Translations under genes and position numbers: made by a program
Shown here: in pieces, positions 1 to 9,280 of the stretch
Layout: every line of letters starts with the position of its first letter
Position numbering within the stretch: position 1 is the first letter of the stretch
Virus record (IMG/VR): IMGVR_UViG_3300021139_001840
Location: 32,792 to 96,791 of that record
Strand: one strand, 5' to 3'
Source: a virus
Length of the DNA: 64,000 nt
Notes under the pieces: generated by a model
The model's database searches: none
What the model saw: only the letters and a program-made list of their open reading frames with translations
What the model was told of the DNA's origin: nothing

Positions 1-2
1 TT

Positions 3-131
3 ACTGTTGCCACCCCAGGATGGGGCGGAGCCGGTCACATTACTTTAGGTTCAACTGGAACTGGTTGTACACTTCAATATACCAATTCAGCTTGGTGGTG
101 TATTGGCAACAATGGTTGTGTGTTTGCCTAA
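3..131 (+). CDS. 3' end of a gene truncated by the window edge (probably a virion/fibre-type protein)
   Basis: Open frame TVATPGWGGAGHITLGSTGTGCTLQYTNSAWWCIGNNGCVFA* ending TAA 129-131. Confidence 0.55.
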   Translation, partial: TVATPGWGGAGHITLGSTGTGCTLQYTNSAWWCIGNNGCVFA

Positions 132-140
132 TCAAAACTA

Positions 141-169
141 TTGATTTACTGACAAAAATCCTATACAAT
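141..169 (+). promoter_or_regulatory. sigma70-type promoter, probably leaderless
   Basis: TTGATT-17nt-TACAAT; ATG at 176 only 6 nt after the -10. Confidence 0.6.
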
Positions 170-175
170 TAGGAT

Positions 176-409
176 ATGGACTACCCCGAACACCCACTAA
201 TTCCTAGCCTTGATGCTCTCACTACCGAAGAGCTCAGTGAAAAAATCACTGAATTAAATAAAAAACTTGCAATTGCTTATCGTATTGGCAATAATGATTT
301 ATGTAATCAATTGCGTATGTCATTGAACACTTATCAAACCAAATACACACAAAAAATGCGTACCGATCAAACCGGTACCGATTTTAATGGAATCATAGAT
401 ATTTCATGA
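176..409 (+). CDS. hypothetical protein (coiled-coil)
   Basis: 77 aa ORF behind a promoter, ATGA overlap with next gene. Confidence 0.7.
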   Translation: MDYPEHPLIPSLDALTTEELSEKITELNKKLAIAYRIGNNDLCNQLRMSLNTYQTKYTQKMRTDQTGTDFNGIIDIS

Positions 410-1023
410 ATGTGAGAATACAATTCCCTGTAAACTTTACAGCAGGCATTTTTTATAATGGAAAAATGCAAATGAACAATTACACAGCTAAAATTTACAT
501 GATGACTAATACTCCAGATGGAGATGCCAACAATGTAGCATTTGAACGTGTAAAGCATTTTATCTACAATGAACTTGATAGTTCTATTTTTATTAGCAGT
601 GAGTATGAAGAGCAATGTAAAAAATATTTAGAAGCTGGAATTAAAATTACTACGTTTCCCGGAGATCCTGTAGACCAACTAGTGGGTATTATGCTGCATT
701 TTAAATTATCTGCCATTGCGGAAGAACGACTCCTTGTTGGCGAGGTGGAATTAAGCAGCGTACTTGGTGATGGATTGATTTATGTACACAGTGAAATTGA
801 AAATATAAATGATGTAGAAGTACCTGAATGGTGGGATACTGTGGATTTGGTACATTGTGACACGGACTTGATTGATTCCGATAAAATTGTTACAATGCAT
901 CACAGTAGCGTTTGGCGTGAATTAGACCTACAATGGCCCGATATCAAAGACGTTGCCATTGATAAAGAGGAAGAAAACACAGTGGTATTTGCTGATTTTA
1001 AACGAAAAGATGAAACAGAATAA
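406..1023 (+). CDS. hypothetical phage protein
   Basis: 205 aa ORF in a coupled operon. Confidence 0.75.
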   Translation: MNVRIQFPVNFTAGIFYNGKMQMNNYTAKIYMMTNTPDGDANNVAFERVKHFIYNELDSSIFISSEYEEQCKKYLEAGIKITTFPGDPVDQLVGIMLHFKLSAIAEERLLVGEVELSSVLGDGLIYVHSEIENINDVEVPEWWDTVDLVHCDTDLIDSDKIVTMHHSSVWRELDLQWPDIKDVAIDKEEENTVVFADFKRKDETE

Positions 1024-1528
1024 TTACGGTGAAATGATTTTTGACAACAACGATGTAGCTGATTTGCTTATGCAAGGTCGTGAAGTTGAATCATTAAATG
1101 GCATGTTAGTAGACAGCACAGTTAATATTGAAAAAATAGTTGAATTTGTAGAAGACTTTCCCAACAAATTCGTTTATTATAATTATGTTGATGATGCACT
1201 TATTCCAGAATGGGATCATGTACAACAACAAAACTGGCATATGCCACAAGCGTACAAAGATTTAGACATTGCCGAATATATTTTGTCTTTATGTAGTAAT
1301 GAAACAGAGTTACAAAGATGCGCTGAAGAATTGCTATTATATCAGGAACGTGATTTATTCAATTTACTCAAATATTTGAAGTATTTGGTAGATTTAATGA
1401 CCAAAAATCATGTAATTTGGGGAGTTGGTCGCGGTAGCTCCACAGCTTCATATGTACTTTATAAATTAGGCGTACATAAAATTGACTCAATTTTTTACAA
1501 ATTAAATATCAACGAATTTTTACGTTAA
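1010..1528 (+). CDS. DNA polymerase III alpha (DnaE)-like fragment
   Basis: WGVGRGSSTASYVLYKLGVHKID matches the DnaE GxGRGS...LGIT.VDP motif; likely start ATG 1010. Confidence 0.75.
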   Translation: MKQNNYGEMIFDNNDVADLLMQGREVESLNGMLVDSTVNIEKIVEFVEDFPNKFVYYNYVDDALIPEWDHVQQQNWHMPQAYKDLDIAEYILSLCSNETELQRCAEELLLYQERDLFNLLKYLKYLVDLMTKNHVIWGVGRGSSTASYVLYKLGVHKIDSIFYKLNINEFLR

Positions 1529-1555
1529 ATACAACGAGAATTTAGGAGAAAGATT

Positions 1556-1945
1556 ATGACACAAAAAATTTACAAAAGTTCCAGAGGTAAAACAATTGAT
1601 ATGGGCGCTCTACGTCTTCAAAATGAACACGTTCGTGCTGTTGGTAATATGAGTGTTAATGCCCGCGGAGATCGTATTGACGCCCAAGGCAAAGTAATAG
1701 ATTCAAAAAGTCAGCAAGTAACACGACGTATTCAACGTCAAACTAATGTAACCGAAGGACCGGTACATACAAGCAGTCGCGATGCTGCCGCACATCAACC
1801 TGCTCCTACAGTAGTAAAAGCTCCTGTTGCTCCTGTAGTAGAAAATATTCCCGTTGAATCGGTCTCTGATTCAACGGATCCTAAAGAAACTGGCGGCTTG
1901 GCTGGTGCCATTGCTCGTTCCAAAAAACAAAAAGAAACAAAATGA
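1556..1945 (+). CDS. hypothetical protein (late-type promoter)
   Basis: TAAATA at 1526-1531, AGGAG RBS, 129 aa. Confidence 0.75.
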   Translation: MTQKIYKSSRGKTIDMGALRLQNEHVRAVGNMSVNARGDRIDAQGKVIDSKSQQVTRRIQRQTNVTEGPVHTSSRDAAAHQPAPTVVKAPVAPVVENIPVESVSDSTDPKETGGLAGAIARSKKQKETK

Positions 1946-2337
1946 AACCAGCATTTTCACCACACAAGTTACGCAAGGAACAAATTGTAGCAGTAAAAGA
2001 TCATATCCTAGTTTCAGATATGGCATTCGATGTGCGTATTACTAACGGTGGTATTTGGTTGCCAAACGATAACGGCAAAGGACATGGTATTCGCCCACGA
2101 TGGGGTCGCGTTTATGCCGTGGGTCCTAAACAACAAGATGTAAAAGTTGGGCAATGGATTCTAGTTGAACATGGGCGTTGGACTCGTGGCTTGGAAATCG
2201 AAGATGAAACGGGCGAGCGTACAATTCGCAAGGTTGATCCAAAATGTATTATGATGGTGTCCGATGAAAAAGAATGCCCAGACGTTGAAGGCATCTCTAG
2301 TGCGGTACACATCGAAAAACAAGAAATGCCAACTTAA
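1942..2337 (+). CDS. groES: GroES-like co-chaperonin
   Basis: DHILV..TNGGIWLP..GRVYAVGP..VKVGQWIL Cpn10 pattern. Confidence 0.8.
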   Translation: MKPAFSPHKLRKEQIVAVKDHILVSDMAFDVRITNGGIWLPNDNGKGHGIRPRWGRVYAVGPKQQDVKVGQWILVEHGRWTRGLEIEDETGERTIRKVDPKCIMMVSDEKECPDVEGISSAVHIEKQEMPT

Positions 2338-2383
2338 CCAAAGTTTATTGTAAAATAGGGTATTAGACAATATAATATACTTT

Positions 2384-2650
2384 ATGAAACAAGAAAAATG
2401 TACAGCTTGTGGGCAATTTCCAAAAATTAATTGTAATTGGAAACAAGGTCGATGCCCACATTTGCCACCATTAATTAAAGGAACTGTTATGAATCATAGA
2501 AATATTAGCCTCATTAAAAGTGTATTTAGAATTGTGGCTGGTCTAGCACTTGCTGGCGGTGGGTGGCTAGAAATGAATCCATATATTCAAGCGGCTGGGT
2601 ACATACTAGTGTTTGCTGAAATTTTAGGAATTGCCGAGGAATTGGTTTAA
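2384..2650 (+). CDS. hypothetical membrane protein
   Basis: Cys-rich N-terminus, two hydrophobic segments; TATAAT 7 nt upstream of ATG. Confidence 0.6.
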   Translation: MKQEKCTACGQFPKINCNWKQGRCPHLPPLIKGTVMNHRNISLIKSVFRIVAGLALAGGGWLEMNPYIQAAGYILVFAEILGIAEELV

Positions 2651-2826
2651 TGGCTTTAGGTGGTGATGGCGGCAAAGGTCATGGGCGCAGACCACAGCTT
2701 GCGCCAAATGACGTAGTTGAATCAAACTGGGAAAAAATATTTGGAACTAAAAAGCCCGACCCTAATAATAAAAAACAACCGCATAAGGAAAATATAAATG
2801 CAATCCCTTTGGACAGAAAAATTTAG
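2650..2826 (+). CDS. small hypothetical protein (not in ORF track)
   Basis: MALGGDGGKGHGRRPQ...NWEKIFG, 58 aa, TAATG coupling with upstream stop. Confidence 0.55.
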   Translation: MALGGDGGKGHGRRPQLAPNDVVESNWEKIFGTKKPDPNNKKQPHKENINAIPLDRKI

Positions 2827-3718
2827 ACCTAATACCACAGAAGGTTATGTGTTTACAGACGAAAGTCAACGGCAACAAGTTTTAGCATGGATTAAACAAG
2901 GTAGTATTCCTCACTTGTTATTATCCGGCAGTCCTGGCACAGGCAAAACTACATTAGCCAAACTTCTAATCAACGAGTTAGGTGTAGATGAATATGATGT
3001 TATGTCTGCTAATGGATCTAAAGATGCTCGCAAAGTTGAATGGATTGACAAACTAATTGGATTTTGTAGTACTATGCCATTTGGTAAGTTTAAAGTGGTA
3101 CTAATTGATGAAGCTGACTATATGAATATTAATTCTGTACAGCCAGCACTTCGTAACTTAATGGAAGACTATGCTGAATCAGTTCGTTTTATATTAACTT
3201 GTAATTATCCCAACAAAATTATGCCGGCCATACATAGTCGTTGTCAAGGTTTCCATATTGAAAAAACAGATATTACAGAGTTTACTGCTCGTGTAGCAAC
3301 TGTATTAGTGACTGAGGAAGTTGAATTTGATTTAGACACACTAGATTCTTATGTGCGTGCCACTTACCCAGACTTGCGCAAATGTTTAAATTTAGTACAA
3401 CCCAATAGCATGACCGGCACTTTAGTTAAACCAGGCGACAATGATCAGTCAGTTAAAGATTGGAAGCTAGACGCTGTAGCATTATTTAAAGCTGGTAAAA
3501 TTATAGAAGCTAGGAAACTGATGTGTAGTCAAGCAAGTACTGAAGACATGGATTCCATGTTTAGATGGATGTACGATAATTTGGATTTGTGGAGCACGGA
3601 TACGCACAAGCAAGATCAAGCAATTATAATCATACGCAATGGTCTAATAAATGTGCCTCTAGTCAGTGATCAAGAAATTAATATTTCGGCAACACTTACG
3701 GAATTATGCCAACTATGA
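2798..3718 (+). CDS. sliding-clamp loader ATPase subunit (T4 gp44/RFC-like)
   Basis: LWTEKFRP, Walker A GSPGTGKT, Walker B LIDEAD, SRC motif. Confidence 0.92.
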   Translation: MQSLWTEKFRPNTTEGYVFTDESQRQQVLAWIKQGSIPHLLLSGSPGTGKTTLAKLLINELGVDEYDVMSANGSKDARKVEWIDKLIGFCSTMPFGKFKVVLIDEADYMNINSVQPALRNLMEDYAESVRFILTCNYPNKIMPAIHSRCQGFHIEKTDITEFTARVATVLVTEEVEFDLDTLDSYVRATYPDLRKCLNLVQPNSMTGTLVKPGDNDQSVKDWKLDAVALFKAGKIIEARKLMCSQASTEDMDSMFRWMYDNLDLWSTDTHKQDQAIIIIRNGLINVPLVSDQEINISATLTELCQL

Positions 3719-4005
3719 GATATTTGTTTTTAACATACTATACGCAAGCTTCGGGTAAAATTGACGAAGCCATGACTGTGTCTAATAAAATTCGCACTCG
3801 AGACTGGCAAACAGTCAACGTTATATTAGATTTCAAGGAACAAAAAGTTATTAAAGCAGGAGTTAAAGATACTAGTATACCAAAAGATTGGGATCGTATT
3901 GTAGGATACTATTATCCTTTTTACACTAAAATCTTTGAACGATTGTTTGAAGAAAACGGCCATGCCCTTAGTATTAAAGCAGATGCGCCTACAACAGAAA
4001 GTTAG
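3715..4005 (+). CDS. hypothetical protein
   Basis: ORF coupled by ATGA to clamp loader. Confidence 0.7.
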   Translation: MRYLFLTYYTQASGKIDEAMTVSNKIRTRDWQTVNVILDFKEQKVIKAGVKDTSIPKDWDRIVGYYYPFYTKIFERLFEENGHALSIKADAPTTES

Positions 4006-4023
4006 TAAACACTAACATATCGT

Positions 4024-4052
4024 TTGACTTTTAATTCATTTTACATTATAAT
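4024..4052 (+). promoter_or_regulatory. sigma70-type promoter, probably leaderless
   Basis: TTGACT-17-TATAAT, ATG 6 nt downstream. Confidence 0.75.
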
Positions 4053-4058
4053 AGTAAT

Positions 4059-4670
4059 ATGAAATCAAAATATAGAAACAGAAAAAAATTAATCCTAACT
4101 GATGCTGACGGCTGTTTGCTGGATTGGGAGTGGGCTTTTAATGTATGGATGCAAGAACATGGTTTTGAAGAAGTTGCTGGGTCCAAATTAAACTATGACA
4201 TGGCTATACGCTATGGTATTCCTAGAGAACAAGTAGTAAAGCTGATACGCATTTTTAATGAATCTGCGGCTATTGGATTTCTTCCTGCCCAGCGCGATGC
4301 TATGTACTATGTCAAACGGTTAGTCGAAGAACACGGATATAAATTCCATTGTATTACTTCGTTAAGTCTAGATCCTAATGCGCAAAGACTTCGTGAGATG
4401 AATCTAAGTAAGTTGTTCGGTGAACATACATTTGAACGTATCGTATGTTTAGATACCGGAGCGCACAAAGATGACGCACTAGAAGAATATGAAGGCACTG
4501 GCCTCGTTTGGATTGAGGACAAGCCAGAGAATGCTGAGGCCGGATATAAGTACGGATTAAATTCCCTACTTATAGAACATGGTCATAATTTTGAATATGC
4601 CCATCCGCATATTAAATTAGTTAAAAATTGGAAACATATTTATAGTATAATTACAGGAGAACAGGGTTAA
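4059..4670 (+). CDS. HAD-superfamily phosphatase / 5'-nucleotidase-like
   Basis: DADGCLLD motif I and WIEDK motif IV. Confidence 0.8.
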   Translation: MKSKYRNRKKLILTDADGCLLDWEWAFNVWMQEHGFEEVAGSKLNYDMAIRYGIPREQVVKLIRIFNESAAIGFLPAQRDAMYYVKRLVEEHGYKFHCITSLSLDPNAQRLREMNLSKLFGEHTFERIVCLDTGAHKDDALEEYEGTGLVWIEDKPENAEAGYKYGLNSLLIEHGHNFEYAHPHIKLVKNWKHIYSIITGEQG

Positions 4671-5280
4671 GTTTGCAATTATCATTGTGCCATCGTACTA
4701 AGTGACTTGGTTGAAACATTCCGTTACAATGAATACACTTAAATCGTTCTCTGTTTTTTGCTTTATTGCTAAGTACAGCCCGATATTCTACCGATGATCT
4801 TGACTCTGCTTGTTTCTTAATATAATCTGGATCATTCCATAGAGCTTTTACGGAATTAGTAATATTATTAATTATCACTTTTCCAGCAGGAGTAGTATAT
4901 CGAGTTTGCCTTTCAATTTTCATAGTGTTGTATTGATCTGTATCCTGCCAACGGGCTATAGCACTTTTATGTTGAAGATAACTTGATTGCTCAGTTGAAT
5001 TATAACTTCTGCCAGTTCCACCTGATCGTAAATTATAACAGAGCGGATTGGATAAGTTTTCGTTAATAACTTTAATTTCCTGTTGATAGGCCTCACCCTC
5101 ATTGTCAAACTCAAACAGAGTTTCACGAACAAAGTTGTCTTTTCCGTATTTTTTGATTGCTTTTGCTAATAACGATCCAGACCCGTAATATCCGTCAAAT
5201 GATTCTTTAGATTGATTATGTTTGCCAATGTAAAATTTTCCATTGACTAAATTTGTAGTTTTGTATATAATAAATATCAT
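4651..5280 (-). CDS. GIY-YIG (Seg-like) homing endonuclease
   Basis: IIYKTTNLVNGKFYIGKH...YYGSG; C-terminal CxHC..RWHNDNCK. Confidence 0.9.
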   Translation of the reverse strand: MIFIIYKTTNLVNGKFYIGKHNQSKESFDGYYGSGSLLAKAIKKYGKDNFVRETLFEFDNEGEAYQQEIKVINENLSNPLCYNLRSGGTGRSYNSTEQSSYLQHKSAIARWQDTDQYNTMKIERQTRYTTPAGKVIINNITNSVKALWNDPDYIKKQAESRSSVEYRAVLSNKAKNRERFKCIHCNGMFQPSHLVRWHNDNCKLNPVLL

Positions 5281-5350
5281 TGCTGATTGCTCCTTTAAAG
5301 CGTTAGAGTCCCTGGGTGTTTCAGCACCGCGAGGGACATCTTTATTTAGT
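5281..5350 (-). ncRNA. conserved structured 5' leader of GIY-YIG gene (copy 1)
   Basis: TAAATA promoter, stem GTCCCT/AGGGAC with inner GGTG/CACC, then CTAACGCTTTAAAGGAGCAATCAGCA; covaries with copy at 21744-21812. Confidence 0.7.
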
Positions 5351-5352
5351 GC

Positions 5353-6084
5353 TTAATCGTACATCTTTAAGATATGCGTTATCATATGATGACGCTGAAT
5401 ATCCTTAGATTCAAACTCGCATAGACTAATGCCCTTTACACCCCCTTTCTTAAGTCTGGTTAGGATGTCGGCTAAGCCGTTTTTTGCGCCGGTTCGATCG
5501 GTCTGTTCGGTGTCCCCTGTCACTACTATCTTACTGCCTTCGCCAATGCGTGTTAGAAGCATGACCATTTGAGCAGGGGTCATATTTTGAGCCTCGTCAG
5601 CGATGATAAATGCTTTTTTTAGTGATCTGCCTCTCATAAACGACAACGGAGCAATTTCAATTTTCTGATCTTCGATCATCGCTGCAATGTCTTGCGGACG
5701 ATAATACTCTCTCAGTATGTCTGTAATTGGTTTAATCCACGGGTCCATTTTTTGATTTAAGTCACCCGGTAAAAATCCGTGATTTTCGTTTTCAACAGAA
5801 ACTGCTGGTCTAGTTAGTACTATGCGATCTACTTCTCCTTCTCTAAAGGCTTTTATTGCCGCCAGGACGGCAAGATATGTCTTGCCTGTGCCTGCCGGAC
5901 CCGCTGTTACGACAATATACTGACTATCGTCTTGTAAAGCCAATACTAACTTTTCCTGATTTCTAGTTCTGGGAACTATGTCAATCGGGCGTTGTTTTAC
6001 TGGTTTAACTTGGTCGAAGCGTATTGTGTTTTCTGGTTGTGCCATTTGGCGTTTTTGTGATTTTACTGCTCTGTGTCTACTCAA
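5353..6084 (-). CDS. phoH: PhoH-like ATPase
   Basis: GPAGTGKT, LTRPAV, GFLPG, FMRGRS, DEAQN, GD..Q.D; likely start TTG 6084 after GGAG. Confidence 0.93.
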   Translation of the reverse strand: MSRHRAVKSQKRQMAQPENTIRFDQVKPVKQRPIDIVPRTRNQEKLVLALQDDSQYIVVTAGPAGTGKTYLAVLAAIKAFREGEVDRIVLTRPAVSVENENHGFLPGDLNQKMDPWIKPITDILREYYRPQDIAAMIEDQKIEIAPLSFMRGRSLKKAFIIADEAQNMTPAQMVMLLTRIGEGSKIVVTGDTEQTDRTGAKNGLADILTRLKKGGVKGISLCEFESKDIQRHHMITHILKMYD

Positions 6085-6262
6085 TTTATACTCCATTGTA
6101 GTTGAGTTACTTCCGACAGCACCTTGCTGTCCAAAGTATTTACGACCCATGATTTTTATATTCTATGGGTGTTAATAAGTGTAATAGATAGCATAAGTAC
6201 ATACCCAGGCCCCAAAAATTCAAAATAACCCTAACCTTTCCATTTAACTAAATAATAGTACC

Positions 6263-6853
6263 ATGGCAAACAAACCTTTCGACTCGGACATATTTAAAGA
6301 CCATCAAGATTATTGGCAGGTCGCTAAGAATATTAAAGATATCTACATGTCTGAAGGATCTTTATTAACTTTGCTGGATTTTGAGCGGGTTTTAGATTCG
6401 CTTGATTTATATGCTTTTAAGAACTGGGATATTGGCGAGCTAGTTCAAGGCCCAACAATTACTAGATATAATGTGTCCTGTATATTTTTGTGGCCTGAGA
6501 ATTTAATGCCCGATCCACGTGGCGCACGTAGATTACTTCCATTTGATTGCGAAGTAAAGTTTAAAAAAACTAACATGAAGATTCCTATTAAAATTGAGGA
6601 TCCTACCGACTATCGCCCAGGTACTAAGATTGCTAGAATTACCGAAAAGAAAATATGGCTAGTTGAAATTACTATGCCCAAGAGTTTAATGAGTGATATA
6701 CGCACTGGCAGTATTGAAATGGAAGAACAAGAAATTGATTTGGCAGCTTTAGATAAAGCCTATACTCAAAATTTTGGAAAAGACCAACAACCTGATGAAA
6801 CAGAAAATGAACAACAACCAGCACAACCACCAGCCCAACCACCAGCCCAATAA
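6263..6853 (+). CDS. hypothetical phage protein
   Basis: 196 aa, TAAATA upstream, Q/P-rich tail. Confidence 0.75.
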   Translation: MANKPFDSDIFKDHQDYWQVAKNIKDIYMSEGSLLTLLDFERVLDSLDLYAFKNWDIGELVQGPTITRYNVSCIFLWPENLMPDPRGARRLLPFDCEVKFKKTNMKIPIKIEDPTDYRPGTKIARITEKKIWLVEITMPKSLMSDIRTGSIEMEEQEIDLAALDKAYTQNFGKDQQPDETENEQQPAQPPAQPPAQ

Positions 6854-7397
6854 CCCCAACTCTAATTTTATATTTGAAACTTTAACATATAAAGATATGG
6901 AAGGGTTGTTAAAACCTACAATTCATGTTGACGAGTTTACTTCCAAGATGGGCGAAGATGACGACATTATTGTTGTGTCATTTTTTGTTCGTGACGAAAA
7001 AGCCGCCAAAGACCTAATGAATTGGTTTGAAAAAGGCTATGATTTTGTTATTGACGCTGACCGTTCGCCAGGTGAAATTAAACCTAATCGTTACTTAGTA
7101 TACGTTGAAATTCGTCGACGCAGTACAGCAGGAGCACATGTACAACAATTATTAGATGATCTGGCAACGCTTACAGAATTTGAAGCAAAAGATTGGTCTA
7201 TGATATATGGTGGCAAAGAAACGCCATTTAGTCAAGAAGAATTTGAGCGCATAGTTCCACTATCGCCAAAAGAATACCGTAAAGAACACGATGAAGATTT
7301 AAATGAAGTGCGTGTTGCTGCCGGGTTACCTCCTCGAACATTTTACGAGCAGGATGAGGACATTAAGGCTCTTCAAAGCGCCGCAGGAATATTATAA
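6807..7397 (+). CDS. hypothetical phage protein
   Basis: Long ORF overlapping upstream tail; start uncertain (ATG 6807 plausible). Confidence 0.7.
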   Translation: MNNNQHNHQPNHQPNNPNSNFIFETLTYKDMEGLLKPTIHVDEFTSKMGEDDDIIVVSFFVRDEKAAKDLMNWFEKGYDFVIDADRSPGEIKPNRYLVYVEIRRRSTAGAHVQQLLDDLATLTEFEAKDWSMIYGGKETPFSQEEFERIVPLSPKEYRKEHDEDLNEVRVAAGLPPRTFYEQDEDIKALQSAAGIL

Positions 7398-7506
7398 TAT
7401 GAAAATTGGTGAAATTTTAAGAACTATAGCAGATGCTATGGAACAAGCATAAAACAGTACAAAAATGTAATAATGCTTAACTAAATAGTAGATAATACTA
7501 TCTACT

Positions 7507-8121
7507 ATGCCGATTACAGAACAACAATTACAGCAGTTTTTACCCAATAATTCCTATATTGCAGAGTGGTGTAACACTTTGAATACGTATTTTCCAACAT
7601 ATGAAATTGATAATACTTACAGAATAGCACAATTTTTAGCTCAAACTTATGTTGAATCAGAAGCATATACAGCACTAATAGAAAATTTGAATTATAGTGC
7701 TCAAAGTTTGATGCGGGAATGGCCCAATTATTTTCCTACTATTCAAATAGCCAATGAATATGCACATCATCCAGAACAGATTGCTAATCGTGCCTACGCT
7801 AATAGACTAGGAAATGGCGATGAAGCATCTGGAGATGGATGGCGTTATATAGGACGTGGGTTAATTCAAATTACTGGTAAATACAATTATAATTTATTTG
7901 CGCAAAACACTGATATGGATATTACACAAGTGCCAGCGTACTTACTTACATTTGATGGGGCAGTAGAAGTAGCATGTTGGGTTTGGTCGACAAACAACTT
8001 AAATCAATATTCAGATACTCAAAATACTAAGGAAGTAACTTATCTTATTAATGGTGGGTATACAGATTTACAACAACGCGAAGCTGCTTACAGCAACGCA
8101 TTAACTATATTGGAGCAGTAA
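7507..8121 (+). CDS. GH19 (chitinase-like) endolysin
   Basis: AQFLAQ..VES...ENLNYS, GDGWRYIGRGLIQITGK.NY, INGG. Confidence 0.9.
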   Translation: MPITEQQLQQFLPNNSYIAEWCNTLNTYFPTYEIDNTYRIAQFLAQTYVESEAYTALIENLNYSAQSLMREWPNYFPTIQIANEYAHHPEQIANRAYANRLGNGDEASGDGWRYIGRGLIQITGKYNYNLFAQNTDMDITQVPAYLLTFDGAVEVACWVWSTNNLNQYSDTQNTKEVTYLINGGYTDLQQREAAYSNALTILEQ

Positions 8122-8592
8122 ATGTTTACATTTTACGTTAATCATGTCTTAGCATATATTCCTACTTGGATGTGGCCAATTTTGGCAGGGGGTGGAGTAG
8201 CGGCTTTTTTCTTGGCAGGAGTTGGAAGTTATGTTCCAGCATTATCTCCGTATGCTAACTTCATTAAACCTATTAGTTTTATAACAATTTGTGTTAGTTT
8301 TTTCATGTGGGGCGGGGCTGGAGTACAGGATGTGTATCAAGCAGAAGTTAATGAGCAAAAAGCTAAAGCCGACGCAGCCGAACAAGCCAGTAAAGATACT
8401 AATAACCAACTTCAAAAAACATTGGTATCACAAAATCAAATCATTTTGCAAAAAACTAAAACACTAAATGACATCATAGCAAGCGAAGGCAATAGAATTA
8501 ATAAAAACTGCACTATAGACAGCGCCACAGTTAATTTATATAATAACATTGTAACAAATAGTATAACCACACCCGCAGGAGTAAAAAAATAA
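8122..8592 (+). CDS. probable inner-membrane spanin (Rz-like)
   Basis: N-terminal TM segments then coiled-coil with Cys, after endolysin. Confidence 0.6.
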   Translation: MFTFYVNHVLAYIPTWMWPILAGGGVAAFFLAGVGSYVPALSPYANFIKPISFITICVSFFMWGGAGVQDVYQAEVNEQKAKADAAEQASKDTNNQLQKTLVSQNQIILQKTKTLNDIIASEGNRINKNCTIDSATVNLYNNIVTNSITTPAGVKK

Positions 8593-8861
8593 TGAAAAAA
8601 TTTTTATTGAGTTTTTTATTAGTTTTGTCAGGTTGTGCTACTCATGTAGCGGCTCCAGGAGAAAATTGGCCAGCGGCGCCTGATACTTTATTAGATCCAG
8701 TTCCAAATTTAACTGTATTGCCAGAGGGTGATTCAAAACTTACCGATCTACTCTCTAATGTTAATCAAAATTATTCCGCATATTATTTGTTAAAAAATAA
8801 ATTTGAATTATGGCAGCAATGGTACAACCAACAAAAACAAATTTATAAACAATCACAATAA
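8592..8861 (+). CDS. probable outer-membrane lipoprotein spanin (Rz1-like)
   Basis: Lipobox LSGC, Pro-rich, follows i-spanin candidate. Confidence 0.65.
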   Translation: MKKFLLSFLLVLSGCATHVAAPGENWPAAPDTLLDPVPNLTVLPEGDSKLTDLLSNVNQNYSAYYLLKNKFELWQQWYNQQKQIYKQSQ

Positions 8862-9280
8862 TGAAAAAAATATTTTATATAATTTTACTATTGAATTGCT
8901 TGGTTGGATGTGCTGTGTATGATAATTATTTCAAAGCTGGTTATGATAATCAAGAATATGAACATATTGTTGAAATAAGACTGTTGGCCAGACAAGGAGT
9001 TCAGATGTGTGGAAATCCCTATAAAGTAACAAAAAGTAAAACAGCGGAGATTATAAGCCAGATGCTTGATAAAGCTGAATTATTTGAAATTTATGAAGAA
9101 CATAGGCCAAAAAATGATTCAGAATATGATGCCGCTGTTAAACTACGCGAAATTATAGAAAGTTTTAATAACCGATATCAAAAAGGATCAGTATCCTATT
9201 TTTATTGTAAAACTAAATTTGAAAGCATAGATTCTAGCGCAGGAGTTATACAATCAGTTATAGGAAATAGACCCAAATGA
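8861..9280 (+). CDS. putative lipoprotein
   Basis: Signal peptide with LVGC lipobox. Confidence 0.65.
   Translation: MKKIFYIILLLNCLVGCAVYDNYFKAGYDNQEYEHIVEIRLLARQGVQMCGNPYKVTKSKTAEIISQMLDKAELFEIYEEHRPKNDSEYDAAVKLREIIESFNNRYQKGSVSYFYCKTKFESIDSSAGVIQSVIGNRPK

Noticed and set aside
7399-7452. 17-codon ORF MKIGEILRTIADAMEQA
   Set aside because: It resembles the virion-protein N-terminal motif but is too short to support; possibly a gene remnant.
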